A stretch of DNA of 64,000 bases from Desulfatiglandales bacterium (GTDB lineage: Bacteria > Desulfobacterota > DSM-4660 > Desulfatiglandales > Desulfatiglandaceae): contig OY762721.1 of the NCBI GenBank assembly GCA_963666345.1, positions 2,048,001 through 2,112,000 on the forward strand. Direction: 5' to 3'. Shown in pieces: positions 1 through 10,432 of this stretch. The notes under the pieces are model-generated. The model did not search any database, was not told where the DNA came from, and worked only from the letters and a program-made list of their open reading frames with translations. A program made the translations under genes and the position numbers. Every line of letters starts with the position of its first letter. Positions within the stretch are counted from its first letter, which is position 1.

Positions 1-13
1 GCACTGGAACGGT

Positions 14-1390
14 GTGGCCCTTAAGATGGATTCATGGAAGGGAGCGGGGGCCTTATATCACAGGCGGCTAAAAAAGATTTTTCAGGCCTGCGTACACCCC
101 GGACAGAGGATACTTGAGATCGGCTGCGGACAGGGCGACCTCCTGGCCGCGCTTAAGCCCACTTTTGGAGTTGGAATCGATCTCTCCGACGAGATGATAA
201 GGCACGCCGGGACTAAATTTGCAAACCTTGAATTTATACAGGCCGACATCCACCGGTTACCGCTCGATACCACATTTGATGTAATCATACTCTCCGATCT
301 TGTGAATGACCTCTGGGATGTTGAGGCCGCCTTTCGTCAATTGCAGAAGGTCTCAAGACCTGACACCCGTCTGATAATAAACACCTACAGCAGACTGTGG
401 GAAGCGCCTCTTGCCCTTGCGCGCCGGTTCGGGCTTGCCAAACCCTGTCTTGAGCAGAACTGGCTCACGCTCGAGGATATTTGCGGACTTTTGAATCTTG
501 CAGATTACGAACCGGTTCATTCATCGGAAGAGATAATATGGCCTTTTCCCACGCCCTTGATTGAATCGTTTATAAACAGATACCTGGTAAAATTGTGGCC
601 GTTTACAGCACTGGCTCTTACTCATCTGATCGTGGCGCGCTCCGTATCCGCTTCAAACAAGCGCGATGAACAAGACACCGTCTCGGTAATAATCCCGGCA
701 AGGAACGAGGCCGGATCAATACAATCAATTTTCGAGCGTACCCCGGAGATGGGAAAAGAAACCGAGCTTGTCTTTATAGAAGGCGGCTCCTCGGACAATA
801 CGTGGGATGAAATCATACGTTGCAGAGACCTCTTTCCTGAACGTAAATGCATACTTCTCAAACAGCAAGGGGAGGGTAAGGGAGACGCAGTCCGTCTGGG
901 ATTCGCCCATGCAACAGGGGACATCTTCATGATCCTTGACTCTGACCTTACAGTGCCACCTGAGATGCTCCCGCGGTTTTATGACGCCCTTCACTCGGGA
1001 AAAGGGGAATTCATAAACGGCGTACGCCTTGTATATCCTGTCGAAAAAAAGGCAATGAGGTTTTTCAACCTTGTTGGCAATAAATTTTTCTCCCTTGCAT
1101 TTACGTGGCTGCTGGGGCAGCCAATAAAAGACACCCTGTGCGGAACAAAGGCCTTGTGGAGAGATGACTACCTCAAGATTTCCAATAACAGGGCAATATG
1201 GGGCATCACTGATCCATTCGGCGACTTTGAACTTCTTTTCGGGGCAGCCAGGCAGAAGCTGAAAATCGTCGAAATTCCCGTCCGGTACAGCGACCGCATG
1301 TACGGGCAGACGAATATTCACAGGTGGCGCCACGGATGGCTTCTAATCAAGATGGCCCTCTGCGCTCTTAGAAAACTTAAATGTGTTTAA
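14..1390 (+). CDS. Fused class I SAM-dependent methyltransferase + GT2 (polyprenol-phosphate sugar synthase-like) glycosyltransferase; may begin upstream of the window
   Basis: N-terminal ILEIGCGQG SAM motif; C-terminal VSVIIPARNE...ILDSDL GT2 motifs. Confidence 0.85.
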   Translation: MALKMDSWKGAGALYHRRLKKIFQACVHPGQRILEIGCGQGDLLAALKPTFGVGIDLSDEMIRHAGTKFANLEFIQADIHRLPLDTTFDVIILSDLVNDLWDVEAAFRQLQKVSRPDTRLIINTYSRLWEAPLALARRFGLAKPCLEQNWLTLEDICGLLNLADYEPVHSSEEIIWPFPTPLIESFINRYLVKLWPFTALALTHLIVARSVSASNKRDEQDTVSVIIPARNEAGSIQSIFERTPEMGKETELVFIEGGSSDNTWDEIIRCRDLFPERKCILLKQQGEGKGDAVRLGFAHATGDIFMILDSDLTVPPEMLPRFYDALHSGKGEFINGVRLVYPVEKKAMRFFNLVGNKFFSLAFTWLLGQPIKDTLCGTKALWRDDYLKISNNRAIWGITDPFGDFELLFGAARQKLKIVEIPVRYSDRMYGQTNIHRWRHGWLLIKMALCALRKLKCV

Positions 1391-1432
1391 TCAAGTCATT
1401 ATCGATTATTTTCTCTTAGGGGCATAGTCGCG

Positions 1433-2215
1433 ATGAAAAACTCTCGCAGAGTACGGGAGCTTAGGCATAGCAGGAAACTTGCGGCACTGGATACTGAACA
1501 TGTGTGGGGATGGAATACCCCGGCCGGAAGGTTAAGGGCACAACGACGGGCCCGCTTGATTGCGGAACGAGCCTGTCTGGGGGCAGGCACCTTCGCATTG
1601 GAAATAGGTTGCGGCACAGGTTTTTTCACAAAATTTTTCGCGCAAACCGGTGCGCGTATCACTGCAATCGATATCTCACCTCAACTCCTCTCAATTGCCG
1701 GCACCCGCCTGGCAAAATTCAATAATGTTGAGTTAATCCGGACCTCGTTCGAGGATTGTTCTCTTAAGGGTCCTTACGATGCAATAATTGGATCCTCGAT
1801 ACTTCACCATCTTGATATCCATATAGCCTTGAGAAAGGCCCAACGGCTCTTGAGGCCTGGTGGAATTGCATGTTTTGCTGAACCGAATCTTCTAAATCCA
1901 CACGTGTTTCTTATAAAAAAAATCCCCTGGCTTAAACGACTTGCCATGGAATCACCTGATGAAACCGCTTTTCAGCGCTGGATATTACAGGGCCTCCTGG
2001 TGAAATCAGAATTTGAACAGATCGAGATTCTTCCCTTTGATTGGGTCCACCCATGGACGCCTAGATCGCTTATTCCAATGGTAACCAGATTGGGAATCGG
2101 ACTTGAGAAAATCACACTGATCCGGGAATTCGCAGGCTCTCTTCTTATCACTTGCCGCCGACCTAAAAATGGACTGCAGGATAAAAATTCGAGCCAAAAA
2201 TTATTTTTATCATGA
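1433..2215 (+). CDS. Class I SAM-dependent methyltransferase
   Basis: ALEIGCGTG motif, IDIS, LLRPGG. Confidence 0.85.
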   Translation: MKNSRRVRELRHSRKLAALDTEHVWGWNTPAGRLRAQRRARLIAERACLGAGTFALEIGCGTGFFTKFFAQTGARITAIDISPQLLSIAGTRLAKFNNVELIRTSFEDCSLKGPYDAIIGSSILHHLDIHIALRKAQRLLRPGGIACFAEPNLLNPHVFLIKKIPWLKRLAMESPDETAFQRWILQGLLVKSEFEQIEILPFDWVHPWTPRSLIPMVTRLGIGLEKITLIREFAGSLLITCRRPKNGLQDKNSSQKLFLS

Positions 2216-3882
2216 AAAGCATACCCAACATAAGAAAAGCCCTGATAGCATTTATCCTCTTAATCGCCATTTCGGGAGTTTACTTTCAGGTAGGCTCTTT
2301 TGATTTTGTGGCTTTTGATGATGATAGTTACGTCTTTAACAATCCGGTCGTCCGCCAGGGCGTCTCATGGAAAGGAATTCTGTGGGCATTTGATTTTTCG
2401 CGCAGCCTGACAGCAACATACTGGCATCCGGTAACCTGGATATCCCATATGGTCGATTGTGAGATCTTCTCTCTCAATCCGGGTGCTCACCATCTCATAA
2501 ATGTAGCGTTTCATTATGCTTCAAGCGTGCTTCTCTTCGTTATTCTCATTAAAATAACCGGGGCACCCTGGAAAAGCGCGTTTGTTGCGATGCTTTTCGC
2601 TGTCCACCCACTAAATGTGGAATCAGTGGCATGGATAGCTGAGCGAAAAAGCGTCCTGAGCACTTTCTTCTGGATGCTTACCACACTGGCATACCTGAGA
2701 TACACGAGGAAACGATCGTTTTTCTCATACCTTGTTATCCTGGCACTTTTTGCCATAGGCCTTATGTCAAAGCCGGTGCTGGTAACCCTGCCCTTTGTTT
2801 TTATTCTGCTCGACTTCTGGCCGTTAGGACGGCTCAACTCATTAGCTTTGAATAATAAAGCCGGAAATCCTTCTCACCTGAAAGCTATTGATGCCCGTGC
2901 ATTTCCAGTCCTCAAAAAACTACTTTTAGAAAAAACCCCTCTCTTTTTGATGTCCATTGCCTCAGTGGCGGTATCATCGCTGTCATTGCAAGGCAAAGGG
3001 AACCTAATAGGGACTGAAACCATTTCTATGGGCCAGCGCATAGGCCATGGCCTTGTCTCATATGCTATGTATATTGGGAAGATATTATGGCCAACGGATA
3101 TGTCTGTCTTCTATCCCCCGCCTGATACTACGCCATTACTCCATTCAGTATGTGCTGCGCTCTTACTGGCATTTATAACGATCCTGACGGCAGTTTTAAG
3201 GAATAAAAGGCCCTATCTTCTTTTCGGCTGGCTCTGGTATTGTATCACGCTTACTCCGATGATTGGACTCATGAGGGCGGGATTATGGCCTGCAATGGCC
3301 GACCGTTTCACCTATATTCCCTCTATAGGCATTTTTATTATGCTTACGTGGCTGACCGCAGACCTGTTAGCATACATGAAGATGTCAAGACCTTTTGTTG
3401 TATTTTTTGGCATTGCTGTTGCGATATCTTTGGCTGGTGCAACTCATTTTCAGGTTCGCCACTGGCAAGGCACCAGGCCGCTTTTTGAACATGCACTCCG
3501 GGTAACTGAAAATAATTATCTTGCACATTTCAAACTCTTTATGCTTGAAAAATCGGAAGGAAAAAAAGAAGAAGCGACCTGGCACTACAATAAGGCCCTC
3601 ACACTGAACCCCACCTTTGTTGCAATGGGCCACAATGTGCTTGGATACAAATTCGCGATCAAAGGAAAGCTGGAGGAGGCAAAAATAGAATTTTTAAAGG
3701 CGGTTGAAATATTACCGGCCTACGCGGAAACACGCAACAATCTGGGCGTGGTTCTGGCCCGAATGGGTGATTATGAAAAGGCCGCTTTTCATTTAAAGCA
3801 GGCTATTAAAATCGATCCAAACTTCATGAAAGCCAGGGAAAACCTAAATAATATCAGGTGTAAAAAATTAGAAAACAAATAG
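2212..3882 (+). CDS. TMTC-like multi-pass membrane glycosyltransferase (GT-C) with C-terminal TPRs
   Basis: FDDDSY loop after the first TM, WHPVTW, HPLNVESVAWIAERK, ADRFTY motifs; TPR NNLGVVLA. Confidence 0.8.
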   Translation: MKSIPNIRKALIAFILLIAISGVYFQVGSFDFVAFDDDSYVFNNPVVRQGVSWKGILWAFDFSRSLTATYWHPVTWISHMVDCEIFSLNPGAHHLINVAFHYASSVLLFVILIKITGAPWKSAFVAMLFAVHPLNVESVAWIAERKSVLSTFFWMLTTLAYLRYTRKRSFFSYLVILALFAIGLMSKPVLVTLPFVFILLDFWPLGRLNSLALNNKAGNPSHLKAIDARAFPVLKKLLLEKTPLFLMSIASVAVSSLSLQGKGNLIGTETISMGQRIGHGLVSYAMYIGKILWPTDMSVFYPPPDTTPLLHSVCAALLLAFITILTAVLRNKRPYLLFGWLWYCITLTPMIGLMRAGLWPAMADRFTYIPSIGIFIMLTWLTADLLAYMKMSRPFVVFFGIAVAISLAGATHFQVRHWQGTRPLFEHALRVTENNYLAHFKLFMLEKSEGKKEEATWHYNKALTLNPTFVAMGHNVLGYKFAIKGKLEEAKIEFLKAVEILPAYAETRNNLGVVLARMGDYEKAAFHLKQAIKIDPNFMKARENLNNIRCKKLENK

Positions 3883-3890
3883 GGATAGAT

Positions 3891-4097
3891 CTACAAGATT
3901 ATTTCTAAGTCCTTTAAGGGGAAGCCCTCTCCCTCCCAGAATATTCTGCCGAAAGCAAGGTAACCCCAGAGACCAAAATCAGCGAACGTGCCATGCAGGC
4001 AGTTGAGGGCAAATATTGAACTCCCGACTAAAATCAATATATCTTTTCTTTTTTTATTAATTGGTTGCATTAATTTTAACCAAGCCGCCCTTTCCAT
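3891..4097 (-). pseudogene. Probable remnant of the N-terminus of a GT-C-like membrane protein
   Basis: TM-like segment followed by ADFGLWGYLAFGRIFWEGEGFPLKD, resembling the D-x-D-x-W-x-x-L-x-x-G...P-x-x-D start of polytopic glycosyltransferase-like proteins, then an abrupt stop. Confidence 0.4.
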
Positions 4098-4336
4098 TTT
4101 GGATTCTGTAACACACAATTTCCATAAAACCGATTTAAGTGTAGAACCTATGAAAAAATTGCTATACCCTTTACAATTAAAAACAACGCTGAAAAACTGG
4201 CATCTACCAAAGTCGCTTCGCTGCGATTTCCACGCTCGCTTGTGGGGTAATCCTCTTGACGGGGCAGTAGGAGTGCTTGTGAATCCAGCGTGATTCAAAA
4301 AATAAATCCATTTTAACTAATTATTAAAAAAATATT

Positions 4337-5977
4337 GTGAAACATATTAAACCCAATCATAACATTTTGACACCCCAGGTCTCCCCTGAACGGGCCATAG
4401 GATGCGTCCTAATCGCCCTCGTCTTATCATGCTATGGCCGGGTAATTTACAACGGTTACATTCCCCTTGACGACCCCAACTATCTCTTTCTCAATGAGCA
4501 GATAAGGCAGGGCTTGAGCCTTGAAAACATAAAATGGGCATTTAAGAGCCTTACTATGTCAAACTGGCATCCTGTAACCTGGATATCCTATTTTATGGAT
4601 TACGAAATATACGGGATGAGCCCCGCAGGTTTTCATCTGACGAATTTATTTCTTCACGCGGCAAACACCCTCCTCGTCTTTCTTTTCCTGCGCAAGGCCA
4701 CAGGTAAATTGTGGCAGTCAGCTTTGGTTGCATCGATTTTTGGTCTGCACCCCATACATGTGGAATCGGTTGCATGGCTTTCGGAGCGAAAAGACGTATT
4801 GAGTGTGTTTTTCGGCATGATTTCTCTGTCGGCCTATGTTGATTACAGCAAAAATCCCTCCTTTGGGAGATATCTCCTTGTTTCAACCAGCCTTATCCTG
4901 GGTCTTATGTCCAAGCCGATGCTCGTTACACTGCCGTTTTTATTTCTGTTGCTCGATTACTGGCCCCTCCAAAGATTTGACAAATCAAATGAAAAAAAAA
5001 CCACATTCTTACATATCATACTGGAGAAAACACCTCTTATTGCTCTTTCCCTACTGTCAAGCATTATAACCTTAATTGCTCAAAAAGCAGCCATGACTTC
5101 AAACCTAACAGAAAATATCTCCATAGCCTACAGGGTGTTGAACACAGGTTTGTCATATATAACTTATTTAAAAAAAATCTTCTGGCCTCTGGACCTGGCA
5201 ATATTCTATCCTCACCCTGGAATGACACTTCCTGCCTGGAAAGGAATTGCTTCCATCTTGTTTCTTTTTTTAATAACATTGTTCGTCTTAAAAAATTACA
5301 GGAAATGGCCCTTTGCCGCAACCGGCTGGATTTGGTTTCTCGGCACATTGGTTCCTGTTATAGGAATTGTACAGGTGGGAATGCAGTCCATGGCTGATCG
5401 ATATGTCTATCTTCCGGCCGTAGGGTTATACATGGCAGTTGTGTGGTCAGTAAGTTTTTTTATTAAAAAATATATTAAAATGAAATCGATATCTCCTTTA
5501 ATGATTTCATTTCTTGTCATACTGCTATCCATTGCGACATTCAAGCAACTATCGCATTGGAAGGACGGAGAGTCCGTCTTCAGATATGCTCTTGCCGTTA
5601 CAGAGGACAACTATCTTGCTCATCACGCGCTTGGTAAAATTGAAAAAAACCGTGGAAATTTTGAAAAGGCCGCTTTTCATTACAACAGCGCCCTTGATTT
5701 AAACCCCACCTTTGTTGCCCTTGAGCATAACAAAACCGGGTTTAAAATGGCGGAAAATGGAAAGTTTGACCAAGCTGTAAAGGAATTCTCAATGGCGCTG
5801 ACAATAAATGATCACTACGCAAATGCGCACAACAATCTTGCCGTGGTTTTGGCCCGAACAGGAAATTTTGAAAAGGCCGCTTTTCATTTGAAAAAGGCCG
5901 TTCAGCTTGATCCAGGCTTTAAAAAGGCGAAAATGAATCTTGACAATATTTTAAAACAAAAGCCGGATTTAAAATGA
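4337..5977 (+). CDS. TMTC-like membrane glycosyltransferase with TPRs (paralog of 2212-3882)
   Basis: LDDPNY, NWHPVTW, HPIHVESVAWLSERK, ADRYVY, TPRs. Confidence 0.8.
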   Translation: MKHIKPNHNILTPQVSPERAIGCVLIALVLSCYGRVIYNGYIPLDDPNYLFLNEQIRQGLSLENIKWAFKSLTMSNWHPVTWISYFMDYEIYGMSPAGFHLTNLFLHAANTLLVFLFLRKATGKLWQSALVASIFGLHPIHVESVAWLSERKDVLSVFFGMISLSAYVDYSKNPSFGRYLLVSTSLILGLMSKPMLVTLPFLFLLLDYWPLQRFDKSNEKKTTFLHIILEKTPLIALSLLSSIITLIAQKAAMTSNLTENISIAYRVLNTGLSYITYLKKIFWPLDLAIFYPHPGMTLPAWKGIASILFLFLITLFVLKNYRKWPFAATGWIWFLGTLVPVIGIVQVGMQSMADRYVYLPAVGLYMAVVWSVSFFIKKYIKMKSISPLMISFLVILLSIATFKQLSHWKDGESVFRYALAVTEDNYLAHHALGKIEKNRGNFEKAAFHYNSALDLNPTFVALEHNKTGFKMAENGKFDQAVKEFSMALTINDHYANAHNNLAVVLARTGNFEKAAFHLKKAVQLDPGFKKAKMNLDNILKQKPDLK

Positions 5978-6058
5978 AAAGACGATTTATCAAAATAGTT
6001 TTTAATTCCCCCCTTTATATATAAGGGCCTGAAAGGCAGGAGAATTGAGGCGATTAAA

Positions 6059-6943
6059 ATGCCTGAAATAAGTATTATAATCCCCGCATACCGGGAGGAA
6101 AAGGTTATAGGCACGGTTGTCAGCGGCATACGCAGTGTCATGGATGATTCGGATAGAAGCTATGAAATACTGGTGATAAATGACGGATCAGACGATGATA
6201 CGGCCGCTGAGGCGGAAAAAGCCGGTGCGTGCGTGATATCCCACCCGTACAATATCGGAAACGGGGCCGCCGTAAAGACCGGGATCAGGAACGCAAAGGG
6301 AGATATCCTTGTCACCATAGACGGTGACGGACAGCACTCTCCCCACGACATACCCAGGCTGCTTGAAAAAATGGATACCTATGATATGGCGGTCGGCGCT
6401 CGAACGAACGATTCGGAGGCATCTTTTCATCGAAAAGCAGCGAATTGGGTCTACAACCGTTTTGCGAGCTATATGTGCAAAAGAAAAATAGAGGACCTCA
6501 CTTCCGGATTTAGGGCCATAAAACCGGATATCGCCAAACGCTTCATCTCCCTTCTGCCAAATACCTTCTCCTATCCCACAACAATCACCATGGCGGTCGT
6601 GCGTTCAGGGCACAGCCTTGTGTACGTTCCGATAAAGGCTGCTGGCCGCGTGGGTAAAAGCAAGATAAGGCTAATGGAGGACGGCTCGCGGTTCCTGCTG
6701 ATTATCATCAGGATCGCCACCCTTTTTTCACCTCTCCGGATCTTCATCCCTGTCAGCGCCTCCATGTTCTTTGCCGGACTATTCTACGGTCTTTACAAAA
6801 TATTCTTCCTAGAGGCACGATACGGTCCAACCGCCGCCATGCTGATGACAGTGGCAGTTGTTATATTCATGGTAGGGCTTGTATCGGAACAGGTGGCACA
6901 GTTGAGGTTCAACAGAAGTGAAACATATTATAACAAAAGATAA
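6059..6943 (+). CDS. GT2 glycosyltransferase (polyprenol-phosphate glycosyltransferase-like)
   Basis: SIIIPAYRE, DGSDD, DGDGQH, DLTSGFR motifs; two C-terminal TM helices. Confidence 0.9.
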   Translation: MPEISIIIPAYREEKVIGTVVSGIRSVMDDSDRSYEILVINDGSDDDTAAEAEKAGACVISHPYNIGNGAAVKTGIRNAKGDILVTIDGDGQHSPHDIPRLLEKMDTYDMAVGARTNDSEASFHRKAANWVYNRFASYMCKRKIEDLTSGFRAIKPDIAKRFISLLPNTFSYPTTITMAVVRSGHSLVYVPIKAAGRVGKSKIRLMEDGSRFLLIIIRIATLFSPLRIFIPVSASMFFAGLFYGLYKIFFLEARYGPTAAMLMTVAVVIFMVGLVSEQVAQLRFNRSETYYNKR

Positions 6944-7027
6944 TTCAAATATAGGTCAAATATAAAATGTTGGACGATACACTGCATTAAGCATTTTATT
7001 TTTATAAGTTCTCTACCGAGAAGGATT

Positions 7028-8167
7028 ATGCGCATACTTGTATTTACTCAACAACTCGCTGCCTTTAGAAGCGGAGTTGGGACTTATACATCAGGCCTGA
7101 TTAAAGGATTGAGGGAGATTGGACATCAGATTACAGTAGTAGCCCCCACTGATGAAATTATTACAAATTCAGATTTAAATATTATTAAAGTCCAACCTTT
7201 TCGGTTCGATCCAACTCCTGGCGGCTGGTTAAGCTTAGGCATGTCATTTGCTAAAGTTCTATCACAGGAGGCAATGAAACATGACATCGCTCATTTTACG
7301 GATGCGAGGGAGGCATGGTTTGTTCGAAAATCTCCGATTCCAGTCACTGGAATGATCAATGATTCTTATGCTTTGGACTGGCTGGAGGAAACATTTCCAT
7401 GTAAACTTTTCACGGATCGGCATTTGCGAACCTTTTACTATTGTTTTCTTCGCAAAGTGGAAAGACATACCTACCACCGTCTTTCTTCACTTATAGTAAA
7501 TGGGTCATATGTTGGCCAAAAGATTATGAAGAAATACCAAATACCCTCTGGAAAAGTACAACGGATTTATTACGGCCTTCCTGATTTACCCACAGTTCCA
7601 AGAATACAACTGGAAGGCTCGCCTTCAATACTTTTTGTAGGAGGCAATTTCCAGCGAAAAGGCCTTCCTGTTCTTTTGCACGCAATTGCTATATTACTCT
7701 TACGATTTCCTGACATCCGGTTGCATGTTGTTGGCAAAGATCGTAATCAATCATTACTTGTATTGGAAGCACATAAACTTGGGATCTATGATGCAGTAGA
7801 ATTTCATGGCTTGCAACCGAATGATACGGTTCGAGGCATGATGTATGGCACTGATATTTTTGTTCTTCCATCTTTCAGTGAAAGCTTCGGCCTAGTTTAT
7901 TTAGAAGCCATGAGGGCAGGAACACCAGTAATAGCGACATCAATGGGAGGAGCAAAAGAGGTTTTTGTTAACGGTAAAGAAGTTCTTTTTGTTGATCCAA
8001 GAAACGAAAAAAGGCTTACAAATGCTATCCAAAAAATTGCATCTAACCCAGATATTGCTCGTAAGTTAAGTAAGTACGGGCAAGATTCGGCAAAACGTTT
8101 TACCATTGATGCCATGGCAAGGGCAACAGAGAAAGTTTTTAGAAATATTTTGTCATCTTGCCATTAA
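7028..8167 (+). CDS. GT4 glycosyltransferase
   Basis: RKGL, ESFGLVYLEAM, PVIAT GT-B motifs. Confidence 0.9.
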   Translation: MRILVFTQQLAAFRSGVGTYTSGLIKGLREIGHQITVVAPTDEIITNSDLNIIKVQPFRFDPTPGGWLSLGMSFAKVLSQEAMKHDIAHFTDAREAWFVRKSPIPVTGMINDSYALDWLEETFPCKLFTDRHLRTFYYCFLRKVERHTYHRLSSLIVNGSYVGQKIMKKYQIPSGKVQRIYYGLPDLPTVPRIQLEGSPSILFVGGNFQRKGLPVLLHAIAILLLRFPDIRLHVVGKDRNQSLLVLEAHKLGIYDAVEFHGLQPNDTVRGMMYGTDIFVLPSFSESFGLVYLEAMRAGTPVIATSMGGAKEVFVNGKEVLFVDPRNEKRLTNAIQKIASNPDIARKLSKYGQDSAKRFTIDAMARATEKVFRNILSSCH

Positions 8168-8229
8168 GCAGAATTGTACTGAATATTTAGAAATATTTTT
8201 CTGAAAGACCAAAACTACCAAAGGGATAT

Positions 8230-9405
8230 ATGTTAACATACGAAAAAGCTAGCACGGTACCAATGAAGGTTCTTTATTTCGGCATTTATTCTAAGAGGGC
8301 AGAGTATCCTCGAAACAACAACCTGATTCGTTCTCTGCGCGTAAATGGAGCAGTAGTTACCGAGGCTCACTTTAAACTGGCCGGTTCATTTTTCCAAAGA
8401 ATAGAGATTGCTCAGAGTGTTTTAAAATCCCTATATTTCTTTATCGGTCTTTTTTTAAGCTACATAGTTTTAACATGGAAATTTATCAAAACATCTGATG
8501 CAAACGTTATTATCGTCGGTCATCCTGGATATTTTCACATTCACCTTGCCCAGCTTCTTCGTATTTTCTTCAAAAAGAATGCATTACTGGTGTACGATGT
8601 CTTCATACCACTTTATGAGGCTTTGGTAGAAGATCGAAACCTTGTAAGGCCAAACAGATTTTTGGGTAGATTGTTACATCGTTTTGAGAAATCATGTTGT
8701 CGACAAGCAGATGTATGTTTAATAGATACCGAAGAACACCGCTTGTACCTTAGTAAGGAATATGGATTGAGTTATGATAGGATAGTTAAAATTTTTGTGG
8801 GTTCAACCATTAAACAACAACTTGAACCACCTCAAACTATTTTAAGGAAATCATTTAAAGTTCTTTATGTTGGGACCTACATCCCCCTTCATGGAGTAGA
8901 TATAATATTGAATGCTGCCCGCCTTTTAGAAAAAGATAGAAAAATACATTTTTTTTTCGTTGGTTGTGGGCAGCTTAGGGATAACATAGAAACTTTAGCT
9001 AGCAACTTCGATCTCCCTAACCTAACTTTTCATGATTGGATTCCCACTGAGCATCTTGGCACTTTTATAAGGTCTTTTGATTTGTCCCTTGGCGTGTTCG
9101 GAAGTACACCAAAAACATCACGTGTTATACCTTCTAAGATATTTGATATCTGTGCGGCAGGCGTCCCTTTTATAACGGCTAATACCCCAGCCATTAGAGA
9201 GGCATTCATACACTGCAAAAATGCATACTTAATTAGATCTGGAAGTCCTGAAAGCCTCGCAAATGCCATAAAGGACTTAAAATTGAACAAGGATCTTAGA
9301 TATAAAATAGGAATAGAAGCTTGGCAAACTGCAAATAGCCTTTTTTCTCTTAAAACAATAGGAAAAGATCTTATTAGCGCAATTTTATTCAAACAACAAT
9401 TGTGA
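8230..9405 (+). CDS. GT4-like glycosyltransferase
   Basis: YVGTYIPLHGVD, IPSKIFD..A.GVPFIT; start may be 8263. Confidence 0.85.
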   Translation: MLTYEKASTVPMKVLYFGIYSKRAEYPRNNNLIRSLRVNGAVVTEAHFKLAGSFFQRIEIAQSVLKSLYFFIGLFLSYIVLTWKFIKTSDANVIIVGHPGYFHIHLAQLLRIFFKKNALLVYDVFIPLYEALVEDRNLVRPNRFLGRLLHRFEKSCCRQADVCLIDTEEHRLYLSKEYGLSYDRIVKIFVGSTIKQQLEPPQTILRKSFKVLYVGTYIPLHGVDIILNAARLLEKDRKIHFFFVGCGQLRDNIETLASNFDLPNLTFHDWIPTEHLGTFIRSFDLSLGVFGSTPKTSRVIPSKIFDICAAGVPFITANTPAIREAFIHCKNAYLIRSGSPESLANAIKDLKLNKDLRYKIGIEAWQTANSLFSLKTIGKDLISAILFKQQL

Positions 9406-9475
9406 TATTTGCAATATTTACTCCAGCATTGAAACCCTGGTCCTTTGCGCTAGATCAGAGGCGGTTCAGTAATAT

Positions 9476-10432
9476 ATGACTAAAGTTACAATTAATAATA
9501 AGAAAATTTTGTTAACTGTAGTAATGGCTTTTATACTTACTGCAACGCTGATTTTCATTTATATTCATCGCAACCTTTGGAAAAGTATTAATAATATTAA
9601 TCTATCCACTTTTGTCTATTTAGTCCTTATTTCGATCGTATCTCAAATTTTTAATGGCCTTTTATTTAATAAGATTGCATTAAAATTTGGAATTCTATTG
9701 AAACCCATAGAATGGATCGGCCTGCCTTTCACTACAGCTATGGGCAACTATATTACACCATTCTCTGGTGGAATAATTTCACGGGCTGTTTATTTAAAAT
9801 ATAGGTATACTTTTCCTTATGCAAGATTCTTATCTGTGATTGGAGCAAGTCAGCTGGTTTTTTTTGGGGTCGCCGGAACTGTAGGGACCTTTACTGTGAT
9901 TTTTTTATCGGGGCGACTGGACTATTATTTTGAAATCCTGATATTCTTTGTTGGGGTGGTCTTTATTATTTCAACTTTGATTCTGGTTCCTGTCAAAAAA
10001 ATACCAGGTAATAACTGGTTGGTTACTTCTTTGAATAATGTAATTGAAGGATGGATTTTAATCAAAAAAGATTATATTCTTCTAACTAAACTTGCCGTTT
10101 ATACGCTTACCAATATTTTTCTAAACGGTTTCTCCTTCTGGTTAGCGTTTAATGCGCTATGCGGAACTGATCAATCATTTGGAAAAATATTTTTAATCAG
10201 CCTCTTCTCAAGTTTTTCCATTCTGTTCAAATTAACGCCAGGCAACCTAGGATTTTTTGAAGTTATTATCAGTTTTACCTCTGGGATTCTTGGAGTTGGT
10301 GTTGGAATCGGTTTAATGGTATCGTTGCTAATGAGGTGCACATCTATTATGCCAATTTTCACCCTAGGGCCTGTCTTCAGCTTCATGCTTACCCGCGAAT
10401 TGTCAGGAGAAAAGTTCAGGAATGATAACTAA
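9476..10432 (+). CDS. Flippase-like / lysylphosphatidylglycerol synthase TM-domain (UPF0104-like) membrane protein
   Basis: Polytopic hydrophobic protein with NYITPFSGG and TPGNLGFFE motifs. Confidence 0.75.
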   Translation: MTKVTINNKKILLTVVMAFILTATLIFIYIHRNLWKSINNINLSTFVYLVLISIVSQIFNGLLFNKIALKFGILLKPIEWIGLPFTTAMGNYITPFSGGIISRAVYLKYRYTFPYARFLSVIGASQLVFFGVAGTVGTFTVIFLSGRLDYYFEILIFFVGVVFIISTLILVPVKKIPGNNWLVTSLNNVIEGWILIKKDYILLTKLAVYTLTNIFLNGFSFWLAFNALCGTDQSFGKIFLISLFSSFSILFKLTPGNLGFFEVIISFTSGILGVGVGIGLMVSLLMRCTSIMPIFTLGPVFSFMLTRELSGEKFRNDN

